Shown: positions 20,427-28,816 of the stretch, one piece after another | Position numbering within the stretch: the first letter of the stretch is position 1 | Layout: each line of letters opens with the position of its first letter | From: a virus | Strand: one strand, 5' to 3' | IMG/VR virus record: IMGVR_UViG_3300032893_000027 | Span: 11,367-75,366 of that record | DNA length: 64,000 nucleotides | Notes under the pieces: model-generated | The model's input: the letters and a program-made list of their open reading frames with translations, nothing else | What the model was told of the DNA's origin: nothing | Database searches by the model: none | Made by a program: the position numbers and the translations under genes

Positions 20427-22963
20427 TAGGAGGTCAGCCTTCCGATTTCAAAGATGGATACAATAGCCTTTGCCGCCGGAACCGTCGTAACCGGGACGAC
20501 AGACGGCGTTATATTAATAGCAAATATAGCTCTGTCTGTATCAATCTCAGTCGTTGCCATTCTAGCAACCACGGTTTGTAGGGCAATGGTCCCCGGATAG
20601 AAGGCCGCAACCGATTGTAGCTCCGTCCTGATCCCACGACGGTAGGTCGGACCAGACAAGCCTTGGAACCAAGCCAGCGGGGGCGAGACGTTGATCTGCT
20701 GGAGGAAGGCTAGATTAGGCTGTGCTGCGGCTTGCAGACTGATCTTGGCCCTTGGGACCTCAGCGAAGGGCTCAAACCATGATAGTGACGGGGCCGCAGG
20801 CTGGACAGGAACAAACCCAACACTGGCCTGCTCAGCCGCTAATAGACCCGGCTTGGGTTTTGGAACTTCCGCAAACGGTTCAAACCATGAATCTGGATTC
20901 GGAACATAGACGGCTGGGTCAAGGGCAAGGAACTGTTGACCACCTGCCTGAAGACCGAGCTTAGCCTTGGGGACTTCGGCATAAGACTGCCACCAGCCGT
21001 CCAGCTTAGCTGGGAATACGGCAGGATCGAAGGCAAGGAACTGCTGGCTGGCGGCCTGAAGCGCCAGCTTGGCCTTCGGCACCTCAGCAAACGGTTGATA
21101 CCAGCCAATGGTATCGGTTGCCCGATCCCTAACCCAAGCCAGATTGGACTGATCTTCGACCCGCAGACCAAGTTTGGTCCGAACCGGTTCCGACCAAGCC
21201 TGATGCCATCTGTCCTCAGTAACCGTCTCCGGGAACTGTTGCGACTCGGACTGGGCAATAAACTGCTGGTACTGAGGTCCAAGACCCGGCTTCTGCCTGA
21301 CCGGATCAGTCCACGCATAGTGCCATTTATCCTCGAAGATGTTCTCTCCGGTAAATGGCTGGGGATCAAAGAACGGTTCGGGCTGCTGGCAGGCCGCCAG
21401 ATTGCGGGTTCTGACCGGTTCAGACCATGCCTGATGCCATTTATCTTCCGATACGATCTCAGGGAATTGCTGAGATTCTGATTGTGCAATGAACTGCTGA
21501 GATGCTCCATCCCAACGGCGCCGCGTTGGGTCAAGCCAAGCAATGAACCAACTGTCAGCGTTTACCTGAGTGGTTACGACTGGCGTGAAAGCCGTGGTTG
21601 ATTGCAGCGCAACATTGGTCAGACGGCGCGTAGGTTCAGATAGCGGCTGAAACCAACGGAACTCTCTTGCCGTCTCTAGCGGTGAATATGGTTCTGGTTG
21701 AGCTAGTTGAGGCCCAAGACCGGGCTTGACCCTAACTGGATCAGACCACGGTTCGTGCCAGCGGTCCTCGGTAACAGTTTCTGGGAACTGTTGCGACTCC
21801 GAGAAGAACTCATACTGAGTGGCATAGTTAAAATTCTTTGTTCGATAGGGGTCAACCCAAGAGACAAACCAGCTATCTGCAAAGATATTGGCGGTGGTAA
21901 CGACTGGGGTGAATGCTGTCGTGGATTGTAGAGCGGCATTAATAAACCGCCGAACAGGGTCCACCCACGGTTGGAACCAACGGTATTCTCGTGCAGTCTC
22001 AAACGGCGTGTAGGGTTCAGGCTGAGCCCACGGCGGACCTATGCCAACCCTGCGGGTTGGATCAAGCCATTGTCGCCACCAGCTATCCAGCTTGGCTGGG
22101 ATCGGCGGGGAGCCAAAAGCAGTAAATGGCCCTTGCTTGGCCCCTATATCTGGCTTGGTTCTGACTGGCTCAGAGAGAGGTTGATACCAGCGATACTCCC
22201 TTGCCGTTTCTTGGATCGGATCAGTCTTGGCCTGATACTGGATGGTCTGATTGACCAGCAGCGCCGTATCTACGCTATACTCAATAGCGGAACTGGCAGC
22301 ACCGCCCGATGGGGAAATCTCGATGCCAAGAGATACAACCGTATCCGCAACGGCTAAGTTCCAAGTAAAGGTATAGGGAGACGATACTGGGTTTTGTGCA
22401 TACTGACCGTCAGTGGTGATCTGTGTGCCTTCGGCCTGTCTGTACCAAAGGGTATCACTACGCGAATTAAGCACCGTAGTCCCGGATTCGCACATCACAC
22501 CGAGGGCATAATTGGTGCCGGGATTGCTTAGCGTAATGGCAACTGTGGCCGTACTCGTACCAGCCCCGCCTGCGGTCTGATCATTTGAGTTAAAATTGGT
22601 AAATGCAGCAGCATCCGACGTCTGGTTGACGCCGGTAAATGAGATAGCATTGACGGTATAGCGGGAGGCCGTTGTCCAGCTTACGCTAAGAGTTTTGTTG
22701 CCGGGAGTTGGGGCACGTAGACCAAATAATAGTAGATCACCGGCAAAGGCGTTGGTAATACGCCCCAACTGGGTCATCGTCTGGTTGGTACCTCCACTAT
22801 CCCAGACCACACTAAAGCCAGTGGAGGATGTGCCGTTGAGGTTAACGGCAACGATCAGCGCGGCATTGGCACCCGATCCAACCGTGATTCCGGAATAGGT
22901 AAAGCTCGAAACCGAAACGGTTCCTGAGGCCGCTGCGCCTACTGCGTCTAAGACAACTGCCAT
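20426..22963 (-). CDS. 845-aa protein: N-terminal beta domain plus a long array of Trp-rich repeats
   Basis: More than 12 units of W[HFY]..[WL]SEPVR / WF.PFAEVP. Confidence 0.75.
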   Translation of the reverse strand: MAVVLDAVGAAASGTVSVSSFTYSGITVGSGANAALIVAVNLNGTSSTGFSVVWDSGGTNQTMTQLGRITNAFAGDLLLFGLRAPTPGNKTLSVSWTTASRYTVNAISFTGVNQTSDAAAFTNFNSNDQTAGGAGTSTATVAITLSNPGTNYALGVMCESGTTVLNSRSDTLWYRQAEGTQITTDGQYAQNPVSSPYTFTWNLAVADTVVSLGIEISPSGGAASSAIEYSVDTALLVNQTIQYQAKTDPIQETAREYRWYQPLSEPVRTKPDIGAKQGPFTAFGSPPIPAKLDSWWRQWLDPTRRVGIGPPWAQPEPYTPFETAREYRWFQPWVDPVRRFINAALQSTTAFTPVVTTANIFADSWFVSWVDPYRTKNFNYATQYEFFSESQQFPETVTEDRWHEPWSDPVRVKPGLGPQLAQPEPYSPLETAREFRWFQPLSEPTRRLTNVALQSTTAFTPVVTTQVNADSWFIAWLDPTRRRWDGASQQFIAQSESQQFPEIVSEDKWHQAWSEPVRTRNLAACQQPEPFFDPQPFTGENIFEDKWHYAWTDPVRQKPGLGPQYQQFIAQSESQQFPETVTEDRWHQAWSEPVRTKLGLRVEDQSNLAWVRDRATDTIGWYQPFAEVPKAKLALQAASQQFLAFDPAVFPAKLDGWWQSYAEVPKAKLGLQAGGQQFLALDPAVYVPNPDSWFEPFAEVPKPKPGLLAAEQASVGFVPVQPAAPSLSWFEPFAEVPRAKISLQAAAQPNLAFLQQINVSPPLAWFQGLSGPTYRRGIRTELQSVAAFYPGTIALQTVVARMATTEIDTDRAIFAINITPSVVPVTTVPAAKAIVSIFEIGRLTS
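20750..22230 (-). repeat. Intragenic coding repeats (ESQQFPE.V.EDRWH..WSEPVR; ETAREYRWFQP; STTAFTPVVTT; FAEVPK)
   Basis: Repeats are visible in both protein and DNA. Confidence 0.8.
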
Positions 22964-22964
22964 C

Positions 22965-23216
22965 CTAATACCCCACTATATTTCGCTTGAAATACAGTCC
23001 AAGGGTATGGACAGGAACAACGACAGCGGTAGAGGCTATCGTGGTGATTGGCGTTGGGTAATAGGCTATGAACTGCTGCAATGCAGCATTAAGAAAGAAC
23101 TTCTTAATGTTAGGTTCAGACCACGGCTCATGCCAGCGGTCTTCGGTAACGGTTTCCGGAAACTGACTTGAAGTTAATACCGGTTCGACTTTACCGGGAT
23201 ATAATGTCCTAGTCAT
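22965..23216 (-). CDS. Single-unit Trp-rich repeat protein
   Basis: SQFPETVTEDRWHEPWSEP is nearly identical to a unit in the 845-aa protein. Confidence 0.65.
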   Translation of the reverse strand: MTRTLYPGKVEPVLTSSQFPETVTEDRWHEPWSEPNIKKFFLNAALQQFIAYYPTPITTIASTAVVVPVHTLGLYFKRNIVGY

Positions 23217-24081
23217 GGCGGATCATTTCCCGTACCGAATGGGAACTCGGCATTCGGAAATGACTGTCGTCCATGGTTAACCATGTAAATGGCGATGCGG
23301 ATACGCCAACTAGTGATGCAAAAATGTCATCCTCTGGATACCAGAGAAGGCAGTACGGATCGTTATGAAGCTGAAGAGCTTCATCTGCGAGTAGCAATCT
23401 TTGCCAAATGCCGCCATAAAACGGCATCGCCTGAGAAGAGGAGGCTTGGAAAGCATCATTCAACATCCAAATTTGATCGCCAACCGCAGCCGTGCCCATA
23501 CTCGGGGCCGCGCTTGTTGTCAAAAGCCTACCGCCGTCATGCCAGATATTGACGGCAGATGCATTGGTGACGTTGGCAAATGCAATGCTGTGAAACTTAC
23601 CAGCCGTCGGCGTAGCGGTTCCAAAAGCCGTGGTACTGCTGCCAGTAACACCAAGTGTCGTGGTGCTGCTTCCAGGATATTGAAAACACCAACGTCGTGT
23701 CCCGCCGCTTGTTAAAATTCCAAAAAAAGGAGTATTTCCTTCTGCGCAAGTACCTTTTAAAAAATAACCAACAGAGCAAGACAAAAGACCGCTTGGTGCA
23801 AAAGTAAGGTCTTTGTCTACGGTGTACTTTTGGTTAAGCGTACCAGTAGTAGTTGTTCCACCAAGTGCTTTGCCAAACGGACTATTTAATACGCTTGGTT
23901 TGGTTGAATTCCCGACAAACGACTTTTTGCCCTTAACAAGGTCTACGCCGCATGATCCATCACCCGGATCATAATGATAAAACTTAAGGTTAGCCGAAAG
24001 AGGATGTAGCCAATTAATGCTTGGAATGCTATTAAAGGGCTTTGCTTGCTTATTGGCCCGCCACGGAACGGAAAGCTGCAC
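23209..24081 (-). CDS. LamG/concanavalin-like lectin-domain virion protein
   Basis: INWLHPLSANL N-terminus; FHSIAF..IWHDG..IWQRLL..EALQLHNDPY. Confidence 0.6.
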   Translation of the reverse strand: MQLSVPWRANKQAKPFNSIPSINWLHPLSANLKFYHYDPGDGSCGVDLVKGKKSFVGNSTKPSVLNSPFGKALGGTTTTGTLNQKYTVDKDLTFAPSGLLSCSVGYFLKGTCAEGNTPFFGILTSGGTRRWCFQYPGSSTTTLGVTGSSTTAFGTATPTAGKFHSIAFANVTNASAVNIWHDGGRLLTTSAAPSMGTAAVGDQIWMLNDAFQASSSQAMPFYGGIWQRLLLADEALQLHNDPYCLLWYPEDDIFASLVGVSASPFTWLTMDDSHFRMPSSHSVREMIRHD

Positions 24082-24093
24082 ATGAGCCTCCCG

Positions 24094-24582
24094 TTAGTAT
24101 TGGACCGCGACGGGTCCTAGTTTGATAGAGGTGTAGGCCGTGCCAGACGATGGGAAGGCGGTCCCGGCATTGTTCTGTACTTCAATCTGAACCGGAGACC
24201 AAGGCATCTTAACAAGACCGTTGCCATAGACCACGTTGCCATTGGCATAAGCTATTGTGGATAGCGGTATGGTAAAGTCAGGCGAACGAGCCGGAGGAGT
24301 GGCCGAGGAGGGGGTTGTCTCAAAGGTAGTGCCGCCGTCAGGACTCCTCAGGAACCAACCAGCAATATAACCACCGGCTACGGGAGTAATAGACCCCCCC
24401 CATATCACGGCAACTTCACCCCAGATAGCCTGACCGAAACTTCCCGATGAGGTGAAAGTCGTAGTGCCTTTGGCAGTCAAGCTGCTACCGAGACTGACGA
24501 TCTCGGTGGACATAAGGGTGGTAACCGCAGAGAAATAGCCTGCCGTAGAACCGCCTGTGGCTTCTAAGAAATTGGTTGCCAT
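24094..24582 (-). CDS. Virion structural protein (Ser/Thr-rich)
   Basis: WFLRSPDGGTTFE..VQNNAGTAF. Confidence 0.55.
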   Translation of the reverse strand: MATNFLEATGGSTAGYFSAVTTLMSTEIVSLGSSLTAKGTTTFTSSGSFGQAIWGEVAVIWGGSITPVAGGYIAGWFLRSPDGGTTFETTPSSATPPARSPDFTIPLSTIAYANGNVVYGNGLVKMPWSPVQIEVQNNAGTAFPSSGTAYTSIKLGPVAVQY

Positions 24583-24591
24583 GCGGCGATC

Positions 24592-24768
24592 CTACTTTGT
24601 AACGGTCAGCGCATCAATATATACCTGAACCAGTTTACCATTGGATGAGACAATAGCATAGGTTCGTCCGGCCGCTTGGCCATTTGGCAACGGCACGGCA
24701 ACAGGAACGAATCCAACCACCGTCCCCGTTTGTGTTGATTTACCGTTGAACCAAGAGACGTTTACCAT
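24592..24768 (-). CDS. Small hypothetical protein, 58 aa (below the ORF-track cut-off)
   Basis: MVNVSWFNGK..DALTVTK*; fills the gap and overlaps the upstream stop. Confidence 0.5.
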   Translation of the reverse strand: MVNVSWFNGKSTQTGTVVGFVPVAVPLPNGQAAGRTYAIVSSNGKLVQVYIDALTVTK

Positions 24769-25097
24769 GACCTTGAGATTGCAATACCGGTAAAGGTAGA
24801 GGTCACTTGGCTGTCAATATTGGCATCCGTACACTGGCCACCGGGGAAGGTGGGGTCTGCCAAACAGGCCAGTCTATTGATGGAACTAGCCAGAATCACC
24901 TGAGCTAGCATCTGACCGGGTACCGTCCCATTGAACAAGGCTCCCGCTAAAGCCAGCCTCTGGGTATGGCTCGTGACCGAGCTTGACTCATTAGAGACAG
25001 CGATGGCAGCAACACGGTACCTCAGGTAACAGCGTTGCTGAAACTGATCGCTTTCATAAGCCTGCCGAAGGATTTCATTGTCTGAGGTATCACTCAC
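24762..25097 (-). CDS. Hypothetical virion-associated protein
   Basis: Coupled ORF; TDANIDSQV. Confidence 0.55.
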   Translation of the reverse strand: MSDTSDNEILRQAYESDQFQQRCYLRYRVAAIAVSNESSSVTSHTQRLALAGALFNGTVPGQMLAQVILASSINRLACLADPTFPGGQCTDANIDSQVTSTFTGIAISRSW

Positions 25098-25496
25098 TTA
25101 CCAGCCCTCACCTTGGATGACTTTCATTACAAGAGGACCAGCCGTAAGAGCCGTGCTATTGAGCCTCACGGCAGCAATAGGACTGAGCAGACTGACAGTC
25201 AAACCTGCGGCTGGGTCAAGATTGCTGGAGGCAAAGAGCGAACCTGAACTGGTGTTAACGCTGGTATCAGCCCAAGCACTGCTGAGGTTCTGCCAATAGG
25301 CCAGTGAAGTCCCGCCGACAAGGTTCACATCGTCCAGAGTATACTGGATATTATAAAAGATAGACGAACCAGAGTTCGTAGCCGTCACAACCACGGTCGT
25401 CGGACTTCCGCCGCGCCAATCCAAGGCACAGACAGTAGAGGCCCCCGGTGTTGAGGAGTTGGCCGTACAGGAAAGGCTGGTCGTAAAATATGTCAT
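25098..25496 (-). CDS. Virion structural protein (paralogue of 26057..26392)
   Basis: IQYTLDD..W..SPIAAVRLNST versus VSLDDP..W..SPVAQVRINST. Confidence 0.6.
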   Translation of the reverse strand: MTYFTTSLSCTANSSTPGASTVCALDWRGGSPTTVVVTATNSGSSIFYNIQYTLDDVNLVGGTSLAYWQNLSSAWADTSVNTSSGSLFASSNLDPAAGLTVSLLSPIAAVRLNSTALTAGPLVMKVIQGEGW

Positions 25497-25505
25497 TAGT
25501 ACAGC

Positions 25506-25718
25506 CTACTTCGGACGGAACTTGGCGAACGTCAGGGCTAGACGTGCCCTCCGGCCGACAGTGCCGGAGGAGTTCTTGTGCTTCTCAGCGAAGGCATGGG
25601 TGGACATTCCAGCCCGGTGGGCAGCTTGCCGCAAAGCGCCCTTGTGCTTCACGGCGTGCTGCATCCAGTGACCGACCCCACCGCCGGATGAGTAACCGTC
25701 AGGGCCGGTTATTTTGGG
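25506..25718 (-). CDS. Basic extension probably reached by a -1 frameshift from 25709..26044
   Basis: The -1 frame reads PKITGPDGYSSGGGVGHWMQHAVKHKGALR..GRRARLALTFAKFRPK*; slippery C CCA AAA sits directly before the stop. Confidence 0.55.
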   Translation of the reverse strand, partial: PKITGPDGYSSGGGVGHWMQHAVKHKGALRQAAHRAGMSTHAFAEKHKNSSGTVGRRARLALTFAKFRPK

Positions 25719-26044
25719 CTGCCAGTCCCGTGAACACCCTTGGGCAGATGTGCCTTGGGACCCTCAGCCGGGTTGCCGCCATTGCCAGTATGGGCCGCAG
25801 ACCAAGGAGAGCCCTTCATATCGGCGCCTTCATGGATCTTGCTGGCCTTCACCGAGCCACCACGAGCCTTCTTGTCGAGGCGATGCTTGCCCTTCTTGCC
25901 AGAAGCCTTGCCCCCACGCTTCATCTCGTGGGCTTCCTTCATGACCTTGGAGCCCTGTGCGTTATACTCTGGCTTGTCAGAGTCACGCTTCGGAGTAACG
26001 CCGCCGCCCTTGGCGTGCTTCTGGACGTTATGACGATGAGCCAT
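25709..26044 (-). CDS. Basic Lys/His-rich internal protein with xxGG motifs
   Basis: HAKGGGV, MKRGGKA, KARGGSV; paralogous to 30781..31476. Confidence 0.65.
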   Translation of the reverse strand: MAHRHNVQKHAKGGGVTPKRDSDKPEYNAQGSKVMKEAHEMKRGGKASGKKGKHRLDKKARGGSVKASKIHEGADMKGSPWSAAHTGNGGNPAEGPKAHLPKGVHGTGSPK

Positions 26045-26056
26045 TTAGTTAACCTC

Positions 26057-26392
26057 TTAGTTCGAGATCGACTGAAGCGCCTTCAACGTGAAGGTGTTCG
26101 CCGTGTTGTTGGCCGTCGAGTTGATACGAACCTGAGCAACCGGCGACAGGACCGTATAGACAAGACCGTTCGAGATGTTGGACGACAACATCGCAGCACC
26201 AGAACTCAGAAGCGCCCAAGTCGCCGTTGGACCACCCAGAATCGTCGGGTCGTCCAGCGACACATCCAATTGGACCGCTCCTGTCGAACCAGCCGTACCC
26301 ACCGTCAGAACAACCGTGGTGGATTTGGCCAGAGGGTTCAGCACGAGAGCGGCAGTACCGGCCGAAGATGCAAGCGTAGTATATTGTGCCAT
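26057..26392 (-). CDS. Virion structural/decoration protein
   Basis: Beta-rich and Ser/Thr-rich; lies downstream of the capsid gene. Confidence 0.6.
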   Translation of the reverse strand: MAQYTTLASSAGTAALVLNPLAKSTTVVLTVGTAGSTGAVQLDVSLDDPTILGGPTATWALLSSGAAMLSSNISNGLVYTVLSPVAQVRINSTANNTANTFTLKALQSISN

Positions 26393-26395
26393 TGG

Positions 26396-26548
26396 TTAGT
26401 AACCTCCTGCCGCTAGTGCCCAGTTGAGGTCGTTAACATTCTCGGTGGCGCCGGAAGTAGCAACCTGAGCAACCGTAGGATTGATCGCAAAAGGAGTACT
26501 TACGCTCGTCAAGGGAATCGACATCAACAGATTAAATATGCGCTCCAC
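26396..26548 (-). CDS. Small hypothetical protein
   Basis: AAGGAGG RBS shortly before the GTG at 26548. Confidence 0.5.
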   Translation of the reverse strand: MERIFNLLMSIPLTSVSTPFAINPTVAQVATSGATENVNDLNWALAAGGY

Positions 26549-26559
26549 AACGCCCCTCC

Positions 26560-27483
26560 TTAGCTCAACGGGAACGTGCCCCAAATGGCACGCCAGTCGT
26601 AGTAGGTGGGAACATAACGCTGATAGCCCTTAACAAGCAAGTTGTCAGTGGTGAACTCCACAGACATGTCCATTTCGAACGGCTTGCGGTTAAAGAAGAT
26701 CAGGCCGTCATGATTGGTCAGGATGAACCACGCGTAGCTCGACGTCAGATAGTCGAACACCATGTAGCCTTCCTTGAGCGAATCATTCATGCCCAAGATC
26801 GCGTTAACGTCGTTGGTCGTGGTGCCCGGACGAAGCTCAGACCTGAACAGGCGCAGAGCAATGGGCTCCAAGTTCGGGGGGATAATAACCTTACGCCCAC
26901 GAGCATGGATTTTCAGACCAGCGTTGTCACGCCAGTTGGATCGGATCGTAATGAGAGCATTCAGAAGAGTGGTCTCATTCAGATCAACGTCAGGAGACGG
27001 CTGGTTGGCAATCGACCCATAGGGCGGGTCAATCGGGTGGCCAGTCGAGTTAATCAGCGACACACCGTCACCACCAACCGCCGCGTTATAGGTCGTTGCG
27101 GTATTGAGGACGTTGGCAGCATAGATTTCCTCGGTCTCCTTGAACGATTCCATCAAACCGTCATTGGAGGGGCCGAACTCTGCCTTGTAGAGGTTGTCAT
27201 CAATGGCCTTGCGAGTAATCGCGTAGCCAAGGCCAATCTCGAAGTGCTCTGCGTTGTAGACAAAGCGCTGACCAGCAGAGTTGTCGAAGGAGGTCGGGGC
27301 GCCTTCCTGCTTTAGCTGAGCATAGCCCAGATAACGCATTGCGGCCCGACGTTCCAAGGCCATCTCGGAATTGGTCTGCCTGAAGATCTGCGGCCACTGC
27401 CGCTCGATCATGGCATACTTTCCGGAGATACCCCAAAGGCCCGGAAGGAGTAGATCTCGGATTTGTGAGAGTGCTACGGGCAT
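26560..27483 (-). CDS. Major capsid protein (HK97 fold)
   Basis: LLLPGL, GLGYAITRKAIDDNLY, AANVLN..GGDGVSL..HP, IIPPNL, YLTSSYAWF, DWRAIWG; 307 aa, downstream of the scaffold gene. Confidence 0.9.
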   Translation of the reverse strand: MPVALSQIRDLLLPGLWGISGKYAMIERQWPQIFRQTNSEMALERRAAMRYLGYAQLKQEGAPTSFDNSAGQRFVYNAEHFEIGLGYAITRKAIDDNLYKAEFGPSNDGLMESFKETEEIYAANVLNTATTYNAAVGGDGVSLINSTGHPIDPPYGSIANQPSPDVDLNETTLLNALITIRSNWRDNAGLKIHARGRKVIIPPNLEPIALRLFRSELRPGTTTNDVNAILGMNDSLKEGYMVFDYLTSSYAWFILTNHDGLIFFNRKPFEMDMSVEFTTDNLLVKGYQRYVPTYYDWRAIWGTFPLS

Positions 27484-27495
27484 CTATTCTACTCC

Positions 27496-28137
27496 TTAGG
27501 TGGTCTCAGCGGTCAGAGACCGGCGGAGCGAGTTGTTGAACGACACGACCATGATCGAACCCGCCGTGGTACCATCTGCACCGTTGACTCCGGGCGGAAG
27601 GTAGTTCGAGGACGTTTCCACAATCCTGAACGGATAGCTGGAGTTCGCCGATACGGCGCTCGACAGGATGGCAATGTTGGAAATGCCCGTCGTGGTATTG
27701 CCACCGGACTGGGAGGAGCCAGTCTGACCGGACGTAAAGCCGATATTCCACCCGGTAACCGAAGTTCCCAGCACAGCGGACGTGGTGCTCTGTACCAAGA
27801 ACAGATTGTCCTCACCCTCAATAACATAAGCGTTACAAGGAGAAGACGATGTGCCAAGGTTGCCGGGGAAGTAGCTGGACCACACCACACGACCAACGGC
27901 AGCGCTGTAGTACTCGCAGCCGTTAAAGATGCCGAGGATCGGGTTGCCAGTTGTCACACCAGACGCCGGAAGAGTGATGTATCCGGGAATGGCCGTAGAC
28001 AGCATCACCACGTCACCAGTGAAGTACGTATTGGTGTCGCTAGATGCGAGATAGCGGCGGGTTAGGCCGTAGGTAGGGGCGTTACCTTCGAGGGTGCCGA
28101 ACTGGCGAAACCCAAACGGTGAAAAGGTGTTGGCCAT
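27496..28137 (-). CDS. Capsid decoration/cement protein
   Basis: MANTFSPFGFR..FTGDVV..GIFNGCEY; immediately upstream of the MCP gene. Confidence 0.65.
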   Translation of the reverse strand: MANTFSPFGFRQFGTLEGNAPTYGLTRRYLASSDTNTYFTGDVVMLSTAIPGYITLPASGVTTGNPILGIFNGCEYYSAAVGRVVWSSYFPGNLGTSSSPCNAYVIEGEDNLFLVQSTTSAVLGTSVTGWNIGFTSGQTGSSQSGGNTTTGISNIAILSSAVSANSSYPFRIVETSSNYLPPGVNGADGTTAGSIMVVSFNNSLRRSLTAETT

Positions 28138-28176
28138 AAATTAAGCCTCCACAAACGTCATAGTGGACTCCAATCG

Positions 28177-28281
28177 GCCTTCACTCTGAGCGCCAGAGCT
28201 ATTCCGGGTGAAGCCACCACAGCGCGTGGAGGCTAGAATGGTGCGGGTGGGTCATGCCGAGTGAAGGCGAACAACCCACCC
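28177..28281 (-). promoter_or_regulatory. Structured leader of the capsid genes (hairpin whose loop can pair downstream)
   Basis: Stem 28245-28252/28274-28281; loop segment 28259-28268 is complementary to 28177-28186. Confidence 0.45.
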
Positions 28282-28288
28282 ACTTTTC

Positions 28289-28816
28289 TTACTCGGGGAT
28301 GTTAATCCTCTCGTAAGACTTTCGAATCTTATTGGACCTTAATGCAGATTCGTGGCGGCTGTCAAGTGAGGTATTAATTTCCCCGCCCGTAAGTGCTTGC
28401 TCCTTAATGGCAACCTGCTCCAAAGCAGCCCTACGATCTCGGTTCTTGGCCCGGATACTAAGCTCCAATGGCCTTGCCATCAGGCACGAACCATCCAGCC
28501 TGATCTCTCCTTTGGCCCCTTTAGGAGTGAAAACCCCATCAAAGCGGCCATCAAAGTCTTCAGGGTGAACTGGAGTCCAGCCCGTCTTCTCGGCTGAAGC
28601 CCGCCATTCGGCGAAGGGTTTACCCAGAACGGTATCTGTAACCCAACGCATATCCATCCCCTCTGGGATCATATGCTGCGGTACATGCATCTTATCCGGA
28701 TGGTCTTCCACCATATCCGGATCAATATCATCCCAGTTCTGACGGGCCTTCATGGTCCATCGGGAATCAGGACGCTTCTCTTCCCGATCAATACCGGGGT
28801 TACTCTTGGCTTTCAT
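28289..28816 (-). CDS. Conserved head-module hypothetical protein
   Basis: PEGMDMRWV..GWTPV..GSCLMARP. Confidence 0.65.
   Translation of the reverse strand: MKAKSNPGIDREEKRPDSRWTMKARQNWDDIDPDMVEDHPDKMHVPQHMIPEGMDMRWVTDTVLGKPFAEWRASAEKTGWTPVHPEDFDGRFDGVFTPKGAKGEIRLDGSCLMARPLELSIRAKNRDRRAALEQVAIKEQALTGGEINTSLDSRHESALRSNKIRKSYERINIPE

Noticed and set aside
20750-23200. DNA repeats as a CRISPR array or a diversity-generating retroelement TR/VR pair
   Set aside because: The repeats are in-frame coding units with synonymous variation. There is no constant repeat-spacer pattern, and no reverse transcriptase or cas gene in the window.
26396-26584. Frameshift extension of the major capsid protein into the overlapping ORF
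   Set aside because: There is no canonical slippery heptamer, and a strong AAGGAGG RBS with GTG at 26548 explains an independent gene.
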